This document shows, in pieces, positions 59,201 to 64,000 of a stretch of 64,000 nt of DNA; within the stretch, counting starts at the first letter, position 1; each line of letters starts with the position of its first letter. A model generated the notes under the pieces. That model saw only the letters and a program-made list of their open reading frames with translations. It was not told where the DNA came from and searched no databases. The translations under genes and the position numbers were made by a program. The stretch is from an uncultured Verrucomicrobiae bacterium. Lineage in GTDB: Bacteria; Verrucomicrobiota; Verrucomicrobiia; Limisphaerales; Palsa-1400. The DNA lies in contig CAVXRD010000002.1 in NCBI GenBank assembly GCA_963764165.1, positions 2,368,001 to 2,432,000 of the forward strand. Reading direction: 5' to 3'.

Positions 59201-62200
59201 GAGTGGCAGCACGCTGGCCGGCACGAACACAGTGAGCGGCTCCATGAACTGGATGTCCGGCGTGGTGACGGGTCCGTTGGCGGTGGCGAGCACCGGTGTT
59301 CTGACGCTAAGCGGCGGCGGCAATCTGTGGCTGGGCAGCACTCTGACCAACGCGGGAACGGTCAACTGGACCGGAGGAACCTTCCAATTTGATCCGTACG
59401 ATTATGGGAACAGCTCGGGTCCAATCGTGAACCTGGCGGGAGGGCAGTGGAATATCGAGTGCGACCAAACCCTCTCCAGCCGAGGCGGGAACGCTGCCAA
59501 CACATATTTCATCAATAATGGAACGATGACGAAATTGGCCGGGACGGGAACGACGTACGTGAACGTGCCGTTTGACAACGCTGGGGCTGTCGATGCGTCG
59601 TCTGGGACGATCAATTTTCAAGACGGTGGCCCAATAAGCGGAACCTTCAATGCGGCATCCGGAACCGCGTTTGTGTTCTCCGGTGGCAATTTCACCGCCG
59701 GGAATTCACCCACCCTCGCCGGGCCGGGCAGCTTTCAATTCACCGGCGGCAGCCTGCTGCTGGGATCCACCATTATTCCCAATCTTCAAATGACTGGCGG
59801 CACTGTGAATCTGGGCGCGGGCTTTCAAGGAGGGACAATCACAAACTTGACGCTGAGCGGCAGCACTCTGCCGGGCGCCAATACGGTCAGCGGCGCGATG
59901 AATTGGATGTCCGGCTTGGTGCCCGGTCCGCTGACGGTGGCAAGCACGGGTGTTCTGACGATAAGCGGTGGCGGCAATTTGTGGTTGGGCAGCACTCTGA
60001 CCAACTCGGGAACGGTCAACTGGACCGGAGGAACGTTGCAATTCGATTCATATGATTATGGAAACAGCTCGGGGCCGATTGTGAACCTGGCGGGCGCGCA
60101 GTGGAATATCGAGTGTGATCAGACCCTGAACAGCCGCGGAGGAAACACCACGAACACGTATTTCTTGAACGACGGGACGATTACGAAATTGGCGGGAACG
60201 GGCTCGACCCACCTAAGCGTAGCGCTTTACGACTCTGGTGAACTGGACGTGGAAAGCGGCACAGTTTCGTTGAGCGGCAGTCCTGCTTACGTGCAATCCG
60301 GCGCGACGATGATCTTCGGCGTGGCGAGCCCGTCCAGCGCAGGCCACGTCTCCATTTCCGGCAGTGTGAATTTCGATGGAACGCTGCAATTCAATCTTCT
60401 TTCGGGATACGCTCCCAAACTTGGTGACAGCTTCTCGCCGTTAAGCTACGGCTCGGAGACGGGGGCGTTTGGCAATTTGGCGCTCGGCGAACTTGGCGCG
60501 GGTCTTGATTGGCAAGCCAGCTATGGATCGGGCTCTCTGACTGTGCAAGTCGTATCGAACCAAGTGGTCGGCCGCATCACGGGCACTGTTCAGAACAGCG
60601 GCGCGCAAGGAGTTTCGGGAATCTCCGTGGTTGCGTTCACCACCAACAATCCCGATTTCTACGTGAGCACAGTCACGGGGAACGGCGGCAATTACGCGCT
60701 CAACGTCACGAATGGAACATGGATCGTGGGTCTCCAGAATCTGGCGGCGGCGGGTTATAACGCCGTGGCGAATCAAACCACTTCGATTAGCAATTCCACA
60801 AATGTTGTCAACTTTTCGCTCCAGCCTTACACCGGCCCCGTCTATAGCATTACGACGGAGGTCAATCCTCCGGGCGCCGGCACGGCCAGCGGCGGAGGCT
60901 CGTTTTCTCCGGGCACTTCGGTGACCGTTAATGCTGTCGCCAATACGAATGCCCTTCCTTATCAGTTTTTGAATTGGACAGCCGACTCCCTGGTGCAGTC
61001 GACCACCACCAATTACACCTTTACCGCCGCGCACAACGAGCAATTGGTCGCCAATTTCGTCCTGCCGCTTTGCACCATAACCGCCAGCAATAATCCGACA
61101 GGAGCGGGCAGCGTCACTGGCGCGGGGACTTACTTCTATGGGAACACCAATATCCTTACAGCCTATCCGAACTTCGGCTATAGCTTCTCCAATTGGACAG
61201 AGGGGCCGAATATCGCAGGGACAAATGCGATACTGAGCACTGTTGTTTACACGAACCATTCGTTCGTGGCCAATTACGCGGCGGCGAACCTCATCCACGT
61301 CGTCACGACAGCAACCGCGCCCGCGGGTGTCGCCACCATCGCGGGCGCTGGGTCATACACCAACGGCCAGACGGCGACATTTGTAGCTCCGCTGGCGGCG
61401 ACCAATCCGCCAAACGTCTACTATTTCCAGCAATTCACTGTCAGCAACACGGTGGCTAGCACCAATGCCACCTTCGCAAAGACGTTCTCGACCCTTGACC
61501 CGACGAATCTTCAATACGTGGCGGTCTATCGCACGGTTCCCATCGTTCCCCAAGTGACCAACGTGCTTGCGAATTTCTCCAGCCCAGTTCCTGCGACAAC
61601 AAATTTCATTCTGACGTTGGAGTTTGATCGCACCATGGTGACGAATGTCCCGCCAGTCATCACACTCACCAACAGCGCCGCAACTCTCCAGGCGACCGTC
61701 CCCACCAACGGCCTTTGGACGACCACCGTGCTCAGCAACGACACGTATGTGACACCGCCAATCACCTTCATTACCGGCATGGATGGCACGCAGAAGCTAT
61801 GGGTTTCCGGCGCACAGGACACGAATGGAAACATTCTCCCACTGACCAACGTCGCGAGCTTCCTCGTCCAAGCGACCCCGCCGCCGAACCCGGTGCTGAG
61901 CCTCGTCTCTTCCAACCAATCGTCCGTCACTGTCAGTTGGAATGGCTATTCCGCTCCGTCTGACTTGGCCGGGTTCCGGGTGTTTGTGGAGACGACCAAT
62001 TATAGTTCGGTCGCGTCGGTGCCGATTTACACCGGAGTGGGCGCGAGCGCCCGCAGTTTCACCTTCGGCGGGCTGGCGCTTGACACACCTTATTATCTGG
62101 CGGCGCAAGCATTTGACACCGCGGGAAATAGCCTGCCCGCGGTTTCGACTTTGTCCGTCCTGCTGCCTACCACATTGCCACCGCCCGTGAGCTTGCAAGT

Positions 62201-64000
62201 GGGATCGGTCGGGGCTTCGACCGCGCAGTTGACATGGAACAGCTATAACACTTCGGCGCTCTTTGGCTTCAGTGGATTTCAGGTTTACGAAGCAAAGACA
62301 AATGTCGCGACTGTCGCGGGCCTGCTTCCATTGGCCACCCTTCCCCCCGGGACGACGTCCTGCCAAGTTCCGGGCTTGGATCGCAGCCGGACATATTATT
62401 TCGCCGTGGTGGGTTACAATGACACAAATGGATTTAATCCTGAGGTAACGACCGCGAGTTGGTCTGACCCATACGCCGGTAACATCTCCGCGAATACCAC
62501 TATCGGCGGCTCGGGTGCAAGCGTCGTGAACATCTATCACAGCATGGTCGTCACCAATAACGCAGTGTTGACGATTCAGCCGGGAACCACCGTTCTATTC
62601 GCGCCCGGCACCAGTTTGACTGTTGCAGAAGGACAGTTGTCCGCCAATGGCACGGCCCTGGCCCCGATTATTCTGGATTCGGCCAATGATACGCCGGGCA
62701 ACACTCCCGCCCCCGGTGACTGGGGCGGCGTCACCTTGGACGGGGCGGCGGCGGAATCAAGTTTGAATTTTGTGGAGATTCTATACGGCGGAGGGCTGAC
62801 CCTTAACAGTTGCGCGCCGACGGTTCAGGCTTTCACGGCCAGCTTCAATATCGCCGGACTGACACTCGAAAAAGGCGCGACGCTGACCACCAGCAGCGCG
62901 TTGATCTCCGGCAATTCGCTCGGCGTGCACCAAACGGACACCGCTGTCTTGACGGTGGAAAATTCCGTCATTCAGAACAACACCACCAATGGTCGGAACG
63001 CTGGCATTTCACCCATGAATGTCCAATCCAACTGGTGGGGTTCGGCCGTCACTTCGGGATTCGCATCGTCGCTGCAAGGCAACTTCACTTACAATCCATT
63101 TCTCACTTACGAACCCTTGCTTACGCCCGCGATTGGAACTGTCGGCGGCGCAACGCAAGTTGGGAGCTCCAACGTCAACCTCGAGTTGGCCTGCCGGACG
63201 GCCGAGTCCATGCGGATTAGCGAGGACATCAATTTTGGAGGCGTCTTCTTCGCGCCCTTCACCAACACGGCTTCGTTCCAACTTTCAGCCGGTGGTGGCC
63301 TCAAACGCATTTACGCCCAATTCCGCAGCGTAACCGGGCAGACCAATGCGCCCATCGAGCTGGATGTAAACTATATAACAGGCGGGCCGGTCATCCAGCA
63401 GTTCAGCCTAAGCCAGGGCCAAACTTTGAATCGTCCCTTGACGGTCACCGGGACGGCAACCTCGGTGATCGGCATGGCGGACATGGAGCTTTACGTCGAT
63501 GGGATTTTGGTGGGGACGAATGCTGGAGGCACGCTCTCTCAATACCTGGACGTCCGCACCCTCGCCAACGCCATTCACGAAGTTGAATTGGTCGCGCGGG
63601 ACACAAGCGGCAATTTCGCCACGCTCGAGGATGAGGTGGTCGTTGCGGTTACCCCGCCGCCCGCGCCGGTGATTCTCCAGCCCGCGGCGGGATTGGTCAC
63701 CAACACGAACGTCGTGACGATCACCGGCGCGGCTGAACCGAATATCGGATTGCAGATCACATGCAACGGGCAGGTTTTGGCGCTGACAAACGCGAACGCG
63801 AGCGGAAATTTCGTATTGACCAACGCGCCGCTGACCGAAGGCGACAACTTGCTGCTGGCCATCGCCTCGGATAGCACCGGAACGACGCCCTCCTCGCCAG
63901 TGCATGTGCTGGTGGAAACCATCCCGCCCGCCCAATTGGTGCTTGCGCAGCCGGTCTATGCTCCCAGCACCGGTTTGTCCGTTTCGTGGACGCTGCCTTC
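56226..64000 (+). CDS. Giant secreted adhesin-like protein (>2590 aa), runs off the window
   Basis: ATG 56226, signal peptide, ATITWTNVAGGNWENAANWSP. Frame checked by eye at 60540 and 63960; absent from the ORF track, consistent with no stop in the window. Beta-helix-like repeats followed by InlB-B, FN3 and Ig-like domains. Confidence 0.88.
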   Translation, partial: MIFSIERRKLCRLGVQLLTASLALASNHPCRAATITWTNVAGGNWENAANWSPAQVPGGVDDAVITASGTFTVVMNTGTTVHSLTLGGSTGQQTFSNNSSLNVTFSNPSVVNANGVFAWNGGTVSGGGFTVNGQLLWHSGVFGCPLNIATNAVMNLYGGGNMWLGGTLTNAGTVNWTGGAFQLDPYDYGNSAGPIANLAGGQWNIECDQTLNSRTGPTASTYFLNAGTITKLAGTGQTYVQLPISNTAAINASSGTINFQGGGPITGNYTAAAGSTIAFSSGNFSVGAIPTFSGLGSFQFTGGSLALASGSIPNLQLVGGTVSLGDGFQGGTITNLTLSGSTLAGTNTVSGVMNWVSGIVNGPLSVASTGVLTLSGGGNLWLGSSLTNAGTVNWTGGALQFDPYDYGNSAGPIVNLAGAQWNIECDQSLNSRGGTTSNTYFVNDGTITKLAGTGTTYFDVQFDNDGAVNASSGTINFQDGGPIGAAYNAASGASIVFGNGSFNAGGAPTLGGLGSFQFTGGSLLLGSTIISNLQMVGGTVTLGAGFQGGTITNLTLNGSYLTGTNTVTGVMNWVSGIVTGPLTVASTGVLTLSGGGNMWLGSALTNAGTVNWTGGTLQFDPYDYGNSAGPIVNLAGAQWNIECDQSLNSRGGNAPNTYFINDGTITKLAGTGTTYFYVQLNNAAAVNVSSGTINFQDGGQIGAAYNAASGASVVFGSGSFTVGGAPTLGGLGSFQFTGGSLLLGSTIVSNLQMVGGTVSLSEGFQGGTITNLTLNGSYLTGTNTVTGAMNWVSGVVTGPLTVASTGVLTLSGGGNLWLGSTLTNAGTVNWTGGSFLFDPYDYGNSAGPIVNLAGGQWNIECDQSLNSRGGNAANTYFANDGTITKLAGTGTTYVYVPVDNAGVVNASSGTINFQDGGPIGGAYNSASGASIVFASGSFTVGGVPTLGGSGSFQFTGGSLLLGSTIVSNLQMTGGTVSLGSGFQGGTITNLTLSGSTLAGTNTVSGSMNWMSGVVTGPLAVASTGVLTLSGGGNLWLGSTLTNAGTVNWTGGTFQFDPYDYGNSSGPIVNLAGGQWNIECDQTLSSRGGNAANTYFINNGTMTKLAGTGTTYVNVPFDNAGAVDASSGTINFQDGGPISGTFNAASGTAFVFSGGNFTAGNSPTLAGPGSFQFTGGSLLLGSTIIPNLQMTGGTVNLGAGFQGGTITNLTLSGSTLPGANTVSGAMNWMSGLVPGPLTVASTGVLTISGGGNLWLGSTLTNSGTVNWTGGTLQFDSYDYGNSSGPIVNLAGAQWNIECDQTLNSRGGNTTNTYFLNDGTITKLAGTGSTHLSVALYDSGELDVESGTVSLSGSPAYVQSGATMIFGVASPSSAGHVSISGSVNFDGTLQFNLLSGYAPKLGDSFSPLSYGSETGAFGNLALGELGAGLDWQASYGSGSLTVQVVSNQVVGRITGTVQNSGAQGVSGISVVAFTTNNPDFYVSTVTGNGGNYALNVTNGTWIVGLQNLAAAGYNAVANQTTSISNSTNVVNFSLQPYTGPVYSITTEVNPPGAGTASGGGSFSPGTSVTVNAVANTNALPYQFLNWTADSLVQSTTTNYTFTAAHNEQLVANFVLPLCTITASNNPTGAGSVTGAGTYFYGNTNILTAYPNFGYSFSNWTEGPNIAGTNAILSTVVYTNHSFVANYAAANLIHVVTTATAPAGVATIAGAGSYTNGQTATFVAPLAATNPPNVYYFQQFTVSNTVASTNATFAKTFSTLDPTNLQYVAVYRTVPIVPQVTNVLANFSSPVPATTNFILTLEFDRTMVTNVPPVITLTNSAATLQATVPTNGLWTTTVLSNDTYVTPPITFITGMDGTQKLWVSGAQDTNGNILPLTNVASFLVQATPPPNPVLSLVSSNQSSVTVSWNGYSAPSDLAGFRVFVETTNYSSVASVPIYTGVGASARSFTFGGLALDTPYYLAAQAFDTAGNSLPAVSTLSVLLPTTLPPPVSLQVGSVGASTAQLTWNSYNTSALFGFSGFQVYEAKTNVATVAGLLPLATLPPGTTSCQVPGLDRSRTYYFAVVGYNDTNGFNPEVTTASWSDPYAGNISANTTIGGSGASVVNIYHSMVVTNNAVLTIQPGTTVLFAPGTSLTVAEGQLSANGTALAPIILDSANDTPGNTPAPGDWGGVTLDGAAAESSLNFVEILYGGGLTLNSCAPTVQAFTASFNIAGLTLEKGATLTTSSALISGNSLGVHQTDTAVLTVENSVIQNNTTNGRNAGISPMNVQSNWWGSAVTSGFASSLQGNFTYNPFLTYEPLLTPAIGTVGGATQVGSSNVNLELACRTAESMRISEDINFGGVFFAPFTNTASFQLSAGGGLKRIYAQFRSVTGQTNAPIELDVNYITGGPVIQQFSLSQGQTLNRPLTVTGTATSVIGMADMELYVDGILVGTNAGGTLSQYLDVRTLANAIHEVELVARDTSGNFATLEDEVVVAVTPPPAPVILQPAAGLVTNTNVVTITGAAEPNIGLQITCNGQVLALTNANASGNFVLTNAPLTEGDNLLLAIASDSTGTTPSSPVHVLVETIPPAQLVLAQPVYAPSTGLSVSWTLP
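56600..60210 (+). repeat. ~5.5 tandem copies of a 654-bp (218-aa) unit
   Basis: Anchor GAT(C/T)C..ATGATTA at 56775, 57429, 58083, 58737, 59391 and 60045: exact 654-bp period. Confidence 0.93.

Noticed and set aside
56600..60210. CRISPR array or DGR template/variable repeats
   Set aside because: The repeats are long, in-frame and coding, with no spacers, cas genes or reverse transcriptase in the window.

Overview
The gene content (LamG/Ig/cohesin surface proteins, SET-domain protein, WD40 sensors, GTAG-type REPs) suggests a Verrucomicrobia-like, GC-rich bacterium; this is an inference. Bases ~750-31826 are two genomic islands in tandem at a tRNA-Leu(UAA) gene (701-788, minus strand). The duplicated att core is the tRNA's 5' half (copies at 750, 20553 and a degenerate one at 31789), and 12-bp-spaced arm-like repeats sit near the junctions. 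Island 1 (~19.8 kb) carries an intact tyrosine integrase and a repressor/excisionase/truncated-primase backbone. It also holds debris of Type III, Type I and T5orf172 nuclease genes and an intact defence-type operon: HTH, SNF2 helicase-DUF3883, ASCH/PUA protein, DUF1156 N6-adenine MTase, an unknown 2-TM protein and a DUF499 ATPase. Island 2 (~11 kb, decayed integrase) carries a TM-WD40-TM-histidine kinase, a REC-HTH regulator and a large Ig/heparinase-like secreted protein. The rest of the window holds a NifS/IscS paralog lacking the PLP lysine, a LamG gene fused to an FkbM gene by a 1-nt insertion, and repeat-rich surface proteins that share a C-terminal 'Q-x-S/T-x-N/S-L..W...(F/Y)(F/Y)R' domain. 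It also contains Rrf2, a sulfatase, a pilin-less GspE-GspF-GspF cluster, SET, a nuclease-DinG helicase and a >2590-aa adhesin with 654-bp tandem repeats that runs off the end. All family calls come from motif recognition by eye; no searches were run.
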